Source: Ophelia neglecta (taxonomy: Eukaryota). From it: a DNA stretch of 64,000 nucleotides. Made by a program: the position numbers and the translations under genes. The notes beneath the pieces were generated by a model. The model was not told the DNA's origin, searched no databases, and was given only the letters and a program-made list of their open reading frames with translations. Below are positions 14,301 through 27,480 of the stretch, in pieces. The stretch covers positions 67,456,001 to 67,520,000 of the forward strand of contig OZ260663.1 in NCBI GenBank assembly GCA_965285935.1, given 5' to 3'. Numbering within the stretch: position 1 is the stretch's first letter; each line of letters starts with the position of its first letter.

Positions 14301-17300
14301 TATATATCCTTCTATTTATGCTTCAAAGGCATTACTTTCTTTTCACCATGTGAACAATAGAATTTGCTCCAAGACTGAAAGTGTATCTCATGGCTTAGGT
14401 GCTTCAAGTATGTCTGAGAAGACAGTGCTAGGTGAACGTGGAGATGGGTGCGAAACTAGCAAAATCATTGCAAAACCAATTAAAGACATAGCACCAAAGA
14501 CTTCTTCTTCTGACAGTAATACTCATGTGGTGCCAGCTAGGAGTAAAACTTATAATGTTGTATACAATAATGGATCAAGCAAAATCACTGTCGCAGAGTC
14601 CAACACAGTAAGCACAAAAAGTGATGGGGCTTTGCAAAAATCTGCCGAAGGCTGCAGTGAATTCTACTCAAGTGCCAAAAACCTGGATGCAGACATAGGC
14701 TTACAGCATGAAAGAGAGTCAGCAATACATAGCATGGACCAGTTATCATTACATAGTGAGCATTCACAGTTAGGTGCTATGGAGGTGAGTGACTGTGATG
14801 TGAAGTACGACAGCTTATCTGCTTCCAATGAATTAGCCTCAGGAGGGGAGTGTGAAGACATTGATGACGGCCCAGGGCCACACATTGGCAACGAAGGCTC
14901 TGATGATGAGGATGTCGCTTGTGCCCCAATCACCGACGGTGTTTACGCTCCCCATCTAAGTGATCCTCACTTGCTAGAAATTCCTCCACATGAGAGTGGA
15001 ATTGCTTTTTATGTTGACCTTCATGCCCATGCTTCTAAACGAGGATGTTTTATATATGGAAATTATTTTGAGAATGAAGATGCACATGTTGAGAACCTAT
15101 TGTTTCCTAAGCTTGTTGCTCTCAACACTGCCCACTTTGACTTTACTGGCTGTAATTTCACTGAAAGAAATATGTATCTGAAGGACAAGAGAGAAGGCCT
15201 TTCAAAGGAAGGAGCCGGGAGGGTGGCCATAATGAAAGCACTGGGAATAATACATAGGTAAGTCTAACAATGACCAGTCATCAGCCTTGAATTAGTTTTC
15301 ATCATAATACATAACATATCTCTGGAGAGTAGTTTTAAAACATTTTTATCATATCTTGGTGGTCTTCTGATATCAAGTGATGCTGAATGGAGTTACTGTT
15401 TTAAATGTGTGACTAATCATTTTCTTTTTAATAGCAATACTCTGGAGTGTAATAACTAATCATTGCCTATTCAATAGCTATACTCTGGAGTGTAACTACA
15501 ACACAGGAAGGATGGTGAATTCTGTGCCCCCAGCATACGGAGACAATGGAAGGGCTAGTCCTCCACCATTAGCAGGATTTCCTCCCAAATACACTGCTGC
15601 ACACTTTGAAGATGTAAATACAACATAAATCTTTAAAAGGCATTATTTATATTTATGTAAATAATATGCAATCTTCATATAGTTTACACAATTATGTCAC
15701 ATTTCAGTAAGCTATATTGCAAAGTCATGATGGTCATTATTGTGTGAAATTGGTCTAACATTGCCCTAACATTAACATACATGCTGTAACACACAGGTTG
15801 GCCGAGCTCTTGCTGTGGCAGCTCTAGATTACACAGAGACTAACCCCTGGTCCCGACTCACACTGTCAGAATACTGCAGTCTACCAGGAATAAAGGACTG
15901 GGTAAGACGGTATATCAAAGGACAGAGGGGGTTACCCCGGGGACCTCCAAATAGACCACAGAGAGCAGCTGGAATCAGAGGACAAGGGTATTACTTCTAA
16001 ACCTTGATCATTTCAGCATAAAAACTCCTCTATGTGAATGCTCTCCACTTTATGATTATTTACATTATTATATAATAGCAAAATACCAAAAAAGGGTGTT
16101 TTTACTTCAATTGTAGGGGTGCTGCCCAAAACCCCCTTATCCCACGTGTAGCACTGCTTGCCCAGCAGAGACAGAATGCTAATAACAGCAACCAAAGTGA
16201 GCAAAATCCACCTGCTCGGCCAGGTTACATGAGGAAACCACCCTTACAAAGTAGACAGCAACAAAGCGGTGGTGCTTCAAGGACTCCCGGAGGCAGCATG
16301 GGTGGTCCCCCCAGACGGGAGTATGGAGCAGGGTCTTCTCTCTTACGCAGGGATAGCGGGAACAATCTCAGCAATGGAGGCATGCAGAGAAGGGAGATGG
16401 GAGGACCCCCAGGCACCAAAAAGGAGCTCGGACCTATCAGAGATGGTCAGTATCCCATGTATGTGGCTTATGTGATGGGATTTATTTTAAATAATGACCT
16501 TATTTTAGAATGTGGTTACACCCATAGTAGATTTGCTAAGAGGCTAAAAAATTCAAGGCTGAAGCATCTTTGCCTTTGTATTAACTAATTACTTTTTGGT
16601 TGAGTTCAATAATATTTGGTTTCTATAGTAATTTTCTTTGTTTTAACAGATTAATATGTATTGGCTTAAATATGTATTGCCAACCTGTAATAAATCATGT
16701 TCTCTGTAACAGTCATATTGTCAAATTTGAACTTGACCTATGTTTTCAAGGTAAAATGAAAAATTATTGGCAAAGAAACGAACCTACATATTTTAGTTTA
16801 TTCACATTTGAAGTTATTTACAGTGTTTTAGAACACAAAAATGTACTGTATGTTCTGTCAACACTATAAAAACTTCAGTTTGTTCGTAACATCCTTTCAC
16901 TTCATTAAAAAATAGGCTTTCAAAATGTATAGGCAGTCTACAGGAAACCATGCACTGGCATTCCGAGGCTGTCATCTAATTTGTCCCTTTGTTGTTTCAG
17001 TGCCCAGGGCTACTGCTGACAGAAGCAGACGACGTTTGTCTAACTCATCCACTGCATCCAGTTCAACAAGTATTACTTTGTCTGCCAGTACATCTATGAT
17101 CCCTGTCCCTGCTACAGAACTGCACCACTCACAATCTGCTCCAGTCACACTTTGTATGACTACAGCTCAGTCCACTGACATCAAGGTTGGTGTGTGCATT
17201 CAACAAATAAACAGAATTTGGTGCTATTATTATGCATTTGGAGCAACATTTTGGCTGAATGAAGGGTTTAATTTAATAATGTAAATGTAAAATTTTATGA

Positions 17301-20300
17301 ATCCATGTATGGTTTTGGGTTGGAGTGTCATGGAAATTTTTTTCTGATTTTTTCGATTTTGTCAATATTTTGACAAAGTAGATTTAACACCCTTTCTTGG
17401 TACAACATTTACAAGAAAACCATTAGTTTGCCAGAATCAGCCAGAAATCTTTTCATGTATGTATGTGTAAGACGAGTATTCTATAAATGTTTGTGTGCAG
17501 CATGCTTGCAAATATAAATTTCTTCATTTTAGGACATTTATGACATATGAATTGTTGTTTTGTTATATTGATATTCAGCCATGTATATTGATACTCATAG
17601 GGATAAATCGGAATAGTGATATATATTGATATGTATGGTATCAATGACGCTCCTAGTTTGGTATGAGGAACCTATAATTGAATATGGTTTTTAAATCATT
17701 TGAAGTTTTGTCACTTTATAACACCATATTGTGTCTGAATGTTCACAGACACTTGGGAAGGGCTTGCCGCCTGATTGTCCCAGGCCATTCTTGCAGTCTC
17801 ACCCTCCCAAGAAGCATGTCAGCTCCCCAGGCCTTCCAGAGCAGCAGACTGCAGTGCTCGCCACCTGGCCTGGGTTCTGTCCATCACCGCGTGATGTCCC
17901 CACATCTCGTGCAGCCATCGGGTTTGGTACACGAACTGTGAACACAACTGGTATGACCAGTATATGCCTGATAGCCAGCCCACCTGGCAGCTCAACAGCA
18001 CTCGTGGACTACCCAGGTGGATTTGGTGCACCCACCGCTAGTGCAATCAACATTGAAACAGAGTCCATACAGAGCATTGAAGAGGAGAAAGTTCAACAAC
18101 TGAAAAATGTATATTTTGGCTTTTTACTTATATAAAAATCAATCACCATGTCTCCTAAGCTTGGGCATGATTCAGTTTGATACACTTGGTGTTTTTTTGT
18201 ATGTGTGTGTGTGTATAAATATGCCTTATTACTGTATGTATCACACCTGGTTTAAGTTTCTTTCTGTAAAAACCATTATTGTGATGTAATAGGCCAGATT
18301 TTATGTGTTCCAAGCTGTGATTGTTTTTGAGAAACAATGTATAGTCTGTGACGTATATTACCATTATTACTGTGTATCTCTTTTCTTCAAATCTAAGGAA
18401 GCTAATCTTTCATAAGAAATGGATTTCCTATTACAGATTCCACATCACATCTCTGGTGTACACCGTCACCAGGTTGCCAGAAATGCTAAACCATTGGAAG
18501 CACCAAAGTAAGCTTAACGAGTTAATATAATTGACTATAATTGGATGGAAAATACCCATTTTTGTCCAAGACAATATGAATTTAAAACCTAATTTTAAAA
18601 TACTTTAGTATAATGTGTTTATATCTTTTTACCCAGGAAAATTCATATCCATATGACCATTTGCCTCGGGGCTAACTGGAATAAATGGCATAAGGGGTTT
18701 CACTTATGTAGTTTTTAAATTTTGTAGAATATGAGGCATACAAAAAAAGTTTGATAGAGATTGTTTCTCGGTCCTGCATTCGACAGTTGACCATGAATCT
18801 GAGATGTATTATGTTAAAAATTGTCTAGCAGGTCAGACCCGGTGAGGCGTAAAAACAAGAAGAGCATGGTCGGTAAAAGGCGTAGTGCTTCCTACAGTCC
18901 AAATAGTATAAAAGGTATTAAAAAGGCAGCAGCTGGCAGTGGGACTGACTCTGACGCAGAAAAGAGACCAAAGGGGCACCGGAGAAGGTCCTGGGCCAAG
19001 GGGCCCCGAGTTAAAAGCAAGGAAGAGGAGGAGGAGGAAGAATTGGAAGGTTAGATTGACAGCCATATGGCAACTTGTCAGAGGGGTTATTTATCATGTT
19101 TTACAACTCTGGATATATCAGACTAAAAACCCATTTCTTATGCAAGTTCAATGCCACAAGGTAATTTGGATGTACTTTTGTGTTGCTGGGTTGTGATTCA
19201 TCGTGAGTTGACTTTGCCATGAACAAGTCTTTCCACAAGCAGAAAAGGGGTTTAACCAAATAAAAATTGCTATATACTGTAATGCAGGATAAGTTTATTG
19301 CAGGGAAAATTTGCAATTTACAATTTGACCTTATTTAGTCCATTAAAAGGTTCAAGTATTAGCAGTATGAATGAACTTAAGTAGATGATCTTCCAAATTG
19401 TTTATATTCACACAGGAATAGAGTCTGGGCAGCCTGAAAAATACAAAAGTTCTCCTGGATAATATTTTCTAGGCATGGTTAACTTTTTAGAGCAAGTAAA
19501 CATCAATTTATAGATTATTAAAGCCTATCCTAGGGGCTTGCCCACAGTACATGTTGTATCAGGAGATCAATGTCAAAATATTGGAAACTTGTCACATATT
19601 ACAATCACAATGACATAAAAGAACAATAATAGATGTATTCTTAAGCATGTTTTCTGAAAACTGATTGCTCTGTTTTTTTCTCAACAAATCTATGCTACAA
19701 CCCAGCTATATTACGAATAATTGCTTATTAAATTCAACCTTGGCTTAATAATATTTTGAATTAACTGTTTGATAAATATAGCTTTACTTTGTTATCTTTC
19801 AGATATTTTTGAGAGTGCCTATGTGCATGATGGCTCTGTGATAACAAACCGTGAAAAATTAACTCCTAGGTAAGCATGTGTGCTCACTAAATATGCTTTA
19901 CTGCTTGTACAATATGCTTTTGTGTGAAGTAATTTCATTATTTAAAGTTAATGCATCAAATGAATGTTCAAAGTGTAAAATGCTGCTCTGTTTTCCCTCA
20001 CTGTTTGATGTACATTTCAGCATGCACATATAAATAGACTGGTAAATAGATAATTGTACCAACACAGATATTATATGTTATAAATAAGTGTGTTCTATTT
20101 ACAACTTAAGGCATTTTTCCAATAAGCTATTTTTTTGCTATTAATTAATACAGCATTTCCATATTTCATATTTTTCATGATTTTTAATGAGTGATTTATC
20201 ATATATATATTTATGGCTAGTTTGATGGTAACCAACGGTTTGTTGGCAAACCAAACACTTCTAAGGTTTTCGACAGGTATACTCTCTGTACTGAGAGAAG

Positions 20301-23300
20301 CTTGGTTATTAATTTCGTGCCAGATTTTTAGCCCCCATATCTTATAAGATTACCTATGCATGTTTAATATAACCAAGGTTTTATTCCTTGTGATTTCTAT
20401 CCATCAACAACACTTTTATCTTCTGCTCAAAAATGATAAAAGTCATATGCAAGAAGTAACCTGTTGTCCTTTTGAATTTGACCTGAGACCTACATAAAAT
20501 GCTATTCCCAGAATTGACTTAAACCTCTTTTTCCAAGTCATATTCGGAAAACTGAATTTACAGTTCCTGCTGACATCTTTGTGGTGCCTGAAATGCATTC
20601 CAAATGATTTGGCTGCTTATAGAAAGTATAGAAAGGAGAATACTGGCGACCTTGAATTCAACCTAGAACTCATTTCTAGGGTCAGTTTTTATAAATTAAT
20701 ATACAATGCGGTCTATTCGGCTGAATGGTACAAGATAAGGACATCAAATAGATTGACCACTTACAGGAAGTGGTATTCAAGAAACCTGAAAATGGCTTGA
20801 AATTAAACTTGGGTGATTGTTTTAAACTTGTAATGCTGATCACCATGTTCAGGACATCAGTGACAAATTTGATACATTTATAAATACTTAAACATAGACA
20901 AGGGCTTAATCCTGCCAGTACACTTCTTTTGACCGAGTACAAGAACTTACACTTCATTCCACCACCTATTGTTAAGTCATTTCATCCAAGAATTAGTTGA
21001 AGAAGAAAAAAAGATCACTCTCAAATAATTTATGAATAGAAAGACTTGACCAAGCAATTATCAGCCAGAGCCATTCTATTTATATTGGGTGGGAAGTCCT
21101 GGTGTAAATCAAACACATTCTTGCAGATGGATATTTAACATAGTAGATATACTGTTCTAGCCTTGAATTCTGTGCATTCATCAATAGATGTGAGTACATA
21201 CTGTTATTAAGCAGAAAGGATGTTAAGCTTGTTCACTGTCACCAATTCGCACCTAATTTCTGCCGGGTTCACACGCAAAAAAAAGCAGGGGTGGCCAAAT
21301 AATGAGATAACGCACCACAGTACCTGTACTAGGTCCTGGCAGTCACTCCACTCTGTCTGTTACCTGTATCTATACCTCCCTCGGGAAGGGCTAGTCAAGG
21401 AATAGGATGTGGCTATGGTGATTGTGCAGAACCATATTTCTATCTGGAATTCTTACTTCAAATTTGTATGTAAAAAGTGTAATGTTGCTTCTGAGAATGC
21501 TATACTGTTTCATGTGCATTGGTTGTTAATTATTTATTTTGCTGCTCACTGTCTCATATTTTCTTTTTGCATGCCTTTTAGGAGAATTACACTTTGCATG
21601 ATGGTAAGTTGGCTTTCAGAGGGCATGTGACGGTTTGTGGATGGTGTTGGGTCAATATTTACACTAATGTTGGGCTGCAATTCTTTACAAAGACTGGCCA
21701 AAAGTGGAATGCACTCTCAGACAAACTCTAAATGTGCTTTGTTTTTTCTTCAGTTCAACATGGAGAAAATAAGTGTTCAAATAGCCATGCATGTAAAAAA
21801 AAAATTCAAACATAAAAATACATTTCAAACTGACATAATTGCCAGTATATTTTCATATACCATGCACATTTGGTATCTATTTGAACAGTGGTTTGAAGAG
21901 TGAAAACCTATGAATTCAGGGTTTTACATAGCTTGGTGATGATGACGCTGCCACCCGTCTATCATTAATTGTATCGCATGAACCAGTAAAAGGTTACCCT
22001 TGCTACCACAGAAATGGATACTATGAAATTTATTGTATTGAACTGGGTCAATTGAGTTTGTACCACAGTTGATGTTATATAGGTACCACCTTATGGCAAA
22101 ACATATGTCCTCTTGGTTTCTTACAACAGCATGCCAACTTTGTGCAGTATTCTGGGTGACCTGCTCCTGGTTCATGTCCAGATGTAGTAGTAGAGGAGTA
22201 CACGTAGGTGATAGTTGAGAATAGATTCAAAAATAAAGCAGGACTTTTCTGTTGGTTTTTCAACAGAAACAGTATACAGTCCTCATTCAATTTTACCTGC
22301 TGTGGTTTGCTGTGCCTGTTATGTTCTTTGTTTCGGTATTGTATGCAACATATCATTCCATGGGGGGGGGGGGTGGATGGGGAGGGGGGTAATTTAATTT
22401 ATTCAAAATTCAGCCACTAGTGGGCACTTTTAGCGGGTTTATCTTACAGCAGGACAGCTGGTGGTCTTGACAGTGGGTTCACAGCAGAGTTTATAGTTCC
22501 TAATTTATCCATTAAAACTTGGTCATTGTATGAATAATATTAAAATTTATATATGCTACTATGATATCTACGCATCTCTGCTTGAAAAGAAAGAATTGTG
22601 ATATATGTATAGTGAGTACCATTGGTTCAGGCTACATCCATTGTCTTGAGGTCACATGCTTCTGTGGTACACACTGAAGAATTCTTTTGCCGAATTCACA
22701 GGGCTGTCATACACTCTCACACAAGGTTTTGATAGCACAATACTACTAGTTCTGGTTTACAATTTTGTTTATAAATCTAAACTGCAAACCCTTATTTATT
22801 TACATGTATCACTCAGCCTGGGCATCAAATGAAAATTACAATATTAAGTGTCTTTCTAAAAGGTTAAATCCAAAAAACAGCAGAAAAGGGCAAAATGATA
22901 TAGTTTTAAAGTGGTCATTTTTAACCGCTTTGTGTGGCTAGATCCATCCAAATTTTGTACTATCTCGAAGTTGGAAATGCATTTCAATATTTAAAATGAT
23001 CACATCCATGTCATTATGACCATTCTTTCCAGGTAAAGTTGTGTTCTGCTTTATTCATATGCTTTCTGTTTTGACTAGATATTTACTGGCAAATCGGTGG
23101 TTTAAGGTTTTTTTATGTACCCCAAATCTTGCTGATGTCAGTAGAACATTTAATGTTGTGTGGAAATGTCTAGAATATTCTTTTAGTTCACTTGGTAAAT
23201 GTTTGTCCATCTGGTAAAATGATTCAATGATCTCAAAGTGTAGACCCTGACACTATCTTAACTTTCATGTGTTTTTTTTTGTGCCAGTCAAATAATTTTT

Positions 23301-24086
23301 TTGGCCACCACAATACATGGGAGTAACAGTTAGTACATGCAGAGCTTGATAGCAGGATTGATTTCACATCTATACTCATTAAACTATTGTTGTCTCCATG
23401 TTCATCATTCAGTATCATTTAGTTTATGTAGGAACTGCTTTATAATTAGTTTGCCATCAATAATTGTCTTTTCAGCCAAATCCTGCCCCATCCACCCTCA
23501 GGACCAGCACCACCCCATCACGAGCGGCCACCCCAGGTGGCAGCCGCACTCTGCGCCACTCAGTATCAACCCCCACCTTCAGCACCCACCTCTGGCCCCC
23601 ACACTAAGAAGAGCAAGAAGAAAAAGAAGTGGCTTGCAGAAAAATCTACAAAGGTAGATCTAATATATTAGTAAAAATTATGATAATAATAATAGCATTT
23701 ATATGGCAATAGTATCCTTGGCATCCTAGTTTCCAAGGCACTTTACAGTAAGATGATACTACAAGGTTATAAATACTAATAAAAGGATAGCTTAACTAGT
23801 AAATTAAAACCACAAAGTCCACTGGTCAGCACAGTGGATCATACAAAAATTTCAAATTTTTTGGAAAATACTTTCTCTTCAGCCTAAATACTGCTATGAT
23901 TATGTTGAATATTTATTTAGTTTATCCCGCTCATTGGGTTCTCCATCTAATTAGAATTGTAATTTTTGTCTCTAGCATAAACTCGTGCCCACTCTCGAGT
24001 TTACTAGCGATGAACACATTCATAGCAAGGAGGTGGAAACTGACCTAGATGAGTCGAAAGCTTCTGCCTTCTGGATAAATATGTAA
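8355..24086 (+). CDS. AGBL5: Cytosolic carboxypeptidase 5 (tubulin deglutamylase, M14D), ~1250 aa
   Basis: Exons 8355-8454, 8897-8993, 9296-9467, 12975-13141, 13477-13657, 14068-15257, 15478-15613, 15797-15987, 16117-16445, 17001-17185, 17749-18108, 18437-18507, 18832-19049, 19803-19869, 23476-23653, 23976-24086 join in frame (3753 nt). Motifs: N-terminal [34 protein letters not shown] (Zn HxxE), [28 protein letters not shown]. The last 3 exons are less certain. Confidence 0.93.
10731..11795. mobile_element. Non-autonomous hAT DNA transposon in an AGBL5 intron
   Basis: TIRs cagggttgg...ccaaccctg; perfect 8-bp TSD tatgaaaa (10723-10730 and 11796-11803); subterminal ttcttcc/ggaagaa repeats at both ends. 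Confidence 0.92.
12675..12762 (+). repeat. Minisatellite, 22-bp unit x4
   Basis: cattaaatatggtgaccggagt three times exactly, plus one diverged copy. Confidence 0.92.
13868..14036 (-). mobile_element. SINE body fragment (same family as 48470-48722)
   Basis: Reverse complement matches 48498-48660 (gatagct..ctgccag..cagtataatgt..ctctaaagagggcattgagcccac..gtcacaagta). Confidence 0.8.
23683..23750 (-). mobile_element. L2-type LINE/SINE 3' tail remnant
   Basis: ataataataatagcatttatat...caaggcactttacag resembles the reverse complement of the L2 3' end. Confidence 0.45.
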
Positions 24087-26389
24087 AAAATATATTTAAT
24101 ATGGTTTGTGTTTGGCAGATCAAGCTAAAATATGTTTGCCAACGGAAAGGTATAAGCCTGGTTGATATTATGCCAAAGCATTTATCTCTCAACAAATGAC
24201 AATACCATATTTATGAATGGAAATATTTTGCAAACTGGTTTTAATGAGCCAAAATGGATATTGTACTTGACCATATATCTGCTTGTTTAAATATATTGTT
24301 TGTTCTTTGGGTACCTAGTTAAAAACAACCCATTGAATAATGCAAGTCCCTTTTCAAAACATTTTAATAGTCTAATGTTACAAAAAATCATTTATCTTCG
24401 CATTTTGTTTTGATAGTTTAAAGGTAGAAATTGAAGAAATCATCATTGATGTTTACATTTTAAATTAACCAGTTTTATTTTTCTTTCTTGAAACATGCAG
24501 TATTTGATCTTCAAAAATCACTGCTGTTATATTTATTCTTTATTTTATTCAACAAAAAGTCTAATTGGACCTGTTGTGTGTATGAAAGTAGAATGGTTCC
24601 TTTAGCTCTGACTTCAAGTCATACTTTAAGTAGATTGAAATATGTGTTAATGAATGTACACCAAACAGTAATTTGGAATGAACCAAGAGGTTCAAATCTG
24701 TTTTCGAGCCAATAACAATTATACCTGATAAAAGAGAGAAATATTGCTACCAGGTAGTCTGTTGTTTGCAAGCATTTCCACGCTGATGAATACCAAGTTT
24801 TATTTTAGTTGTAATACTGGGTACATGCTAAATCCTTTTTAATTTTTTTTTTTATTTAAACCTTTCAACCATTGTTTTAAGCATACAATTATTGAAGCTT
24901 AAGAATATTCATGAATGATAATTTATTTCACTTTAAAGTATGCCACTAAGAGTGTGAAAACTGTGTATACCTTAAATTTTTTTGTATTGTCCATTCACAT
25001 TGATTACTGGGTGCCTAGTACACCAAGGTGTGGTTTTTCAATAATTGGAGTAAAAAATTATATGAGTATAGCCAAGCAAATATGATGTGCCAAAATCGAT
25101 TGTATTTATCTTTTTAATACATTTTAATACATTTGTTTTGTTTTTACTTATACTTCGCGTATCAGTCAGTATGAATTTAATCTAACTTACTGTTGTTTGT
25201 GAGCCACTAATATTATATTCTTGAGAGTTAGACATCTGTGATAGTCAAACATATATAAAGATTTTGAGATTCAATATTTATACCTAAAATGTCCATTGTA
25301 CATAATTTAACAATACAATTTATATAATCATATAGGACTAGAGTATTGTGGTTTTTGAATTTTAATTTTTTTATGTATAGTTCAGTTTATAGAGACAACA
25401 AATGTTTAATCAGCTTTTAATCATAGACTGCTGATTCTTTACTATTGTTCATATTGACATATAGATGGGAAACAAAAGGTTGAAAATTCTCCTAAGGTTT
25501 TAGATTAATTGGGCTAACTGATGTACTGGTCGATTCACCACTTGACCATGAACCCTTTCCCTCCCTATATTAATCTGGTAGTATTAAATGACAAGCAAAT
25601 ACAGAATTCTCTGGAGGGAAGTTAATTCATGTTTTAGCACAAAAGCATTTGTTTTTTAAATTATTGCACATACTTATTTCTGTTTAATAAGAAACATTAA
25701 GGGAGGATGTATATCTTGTATTGAGTGTGTGGTAGGTTTGCTTTCCTGTGGTTTTCCACCTAAGAAACAGTTATTAAGTTTTAATTTGTATATTTAATTT
25801 ATTATTTTTGTGTGACTAGAACTGGGATATGGAGAATGAGCTTTTTAATTTACTATTCATTGCATGCTGGGCAACTTGTTTTTTGCAGGTCAGTCTTCAT
25901 CGACAAGTCATAATGATATGTATATTTATTCATGTAAATGAGTGTACATGTACGATACAATAAACACATTTTTGATAAATTGTTTTTATTTCTTTATTGG
26001 CTACTCTATTTGTGCTTGACATGAGGCAAATCAATTGCTTCAGATTTGAATCAAAGTGTATTATTTTTGCACTTTATTTTTGGATTTGGGGCTTTCACCA
26101 CACATAAACACCATGTGGGCCATTTAGTGTTTTTAAGTTGGGTATAGATCTATTTCATATACTATTATCAGAATTGTGTAGATTTATTTTGTATGCTGTA
26201 ATAGTACCAATAATATGTGATTAAGCTTTATTGCATAAAAACTTTCTAGGTGTATGGATCAGAAATCTTTGATCTGAGTAAACAGCAAGAGTAGAGGTTG
26301 ATCACAAGTAAATGGGTCAATAAATAGGTCTAAAGGGTTTTTAAAGCCTCAAATGTTTAAAATTGCTTCCACTTTTGAGAATCTCTCAA

Positions 26390-27480
26390 TCTATATTTTG
26401 TAGAGGTTTGTAGATCTTAAGCATATGAGGATCTGCTAAGGGCAGACCTTCTCAAATAGTGATCTTAGGTGGTCAACATAATAAAAATGGTTTTAAGCTT
26501 TGATGAAATTCCTACACTCCAACATAATATGGCACTAGCAGGCCTCACAAAATGGGGGTTCCTCTCTCTCACCCTCTCTCTTTAGTTAGAATTTGAAAAA
26601 AAAAAGAGTGGCCAATGGGCAGAAGAGACATGATCAAATCGTCTCTCTGATAGGTGAAAGGCTGTCGGAACATTTTGGTATGATAGAGCAGATAGTATGT
26701 AATTCTGTGGCCTGATCCCAGGCGTTCTGACAAAGGTTCTATTAACCACACTCCTTGATGGGGCTCTTATAATCAGAAAACAAAATTTGACAGGGAAGAT
26801 TGCATCTTCCCAAGCTTCCTTCTTGCATTTGTTGGCAGGCTCTTTGCTTTTGGTGCCTGTGCCTATACATGGCTCAGTACAAATAGAAGGAAAATGGCTT
26901 ATCTCGGTTGAAGATTATGTTTACAATTTCTAGCCTGGAGAGAACCATTGGATTTTTTTGCCAGTTATACCCTTTAAGAGCCTTGGGTGAAAACAAGAAA
27001 TCAGACACAATTACAAATTGTCTGTCACAACTCACAAGATTGTATAGCATAGTCCATAACAAGATTGATGGCTGTTAGTTCTGCTGTAAATGAAAAAACT
27101 GTGGTCAGGAAGCTGAAACCTGGAGCTGAAGGTTAGGGTGACAGCTGCTGCCGGCACTTTCTCTACAAATAAAACAAAAACCCCAATTGAGTATTGAATT
27201 TATATGGCTCTGGTACAGACATAACAGGGCCCTGCGACGAGCTCCCCAGTCCTAAATATTTAAATGTTTCAACTACTGGAAGTGGAAAAAGGGTTAATTC
27301 TGGGTTTGGATGGAGTACCCACCCCACTGCAGAAAAAGACAAGACAGTCTTTGAGGGGCAAAACCAAAAACCATTCTTGGTCTAGCATTTATGTAATCCA
27401 CTGAGGATTGCAATTGTCATTCTATTGTCTGCATGCACTGGTAGCCTGACTGGAAATTATCTACGCACCAAAAAAGGCCA
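26390..27480 (-). mobile_element. Degraded I-group (I/Nimb-like) LINE ORF2: RT C-terminus, RNase H and Zn knuckle
   Basis: Frameshifted minus-strand peptides CVDNF..MQTIE*QLQ..KNGF..SKTV..HPNPELTL..PVVETFKYLGL (RT), FTAELTAINL..FVIVSD..KNPMV (RNase H) and IGHS..EEPPFCEAC*CHIMLEC..LRSLFEKV (Zn knuckle/end). Confidence 0.82.

Noticed and set aside
19050-19126. Stop-codon readthrough or gene end after EELEG*
   Set aside because: G|GTTAGA at 19049 is a donor that joins in frame to the exon at 19803.
20564-20800. Extra AGBL5 exon (ORF 20579-20800)
   Set aside because: Phase incompatible with the preceding exon, and embedded in repeat-like sequence.
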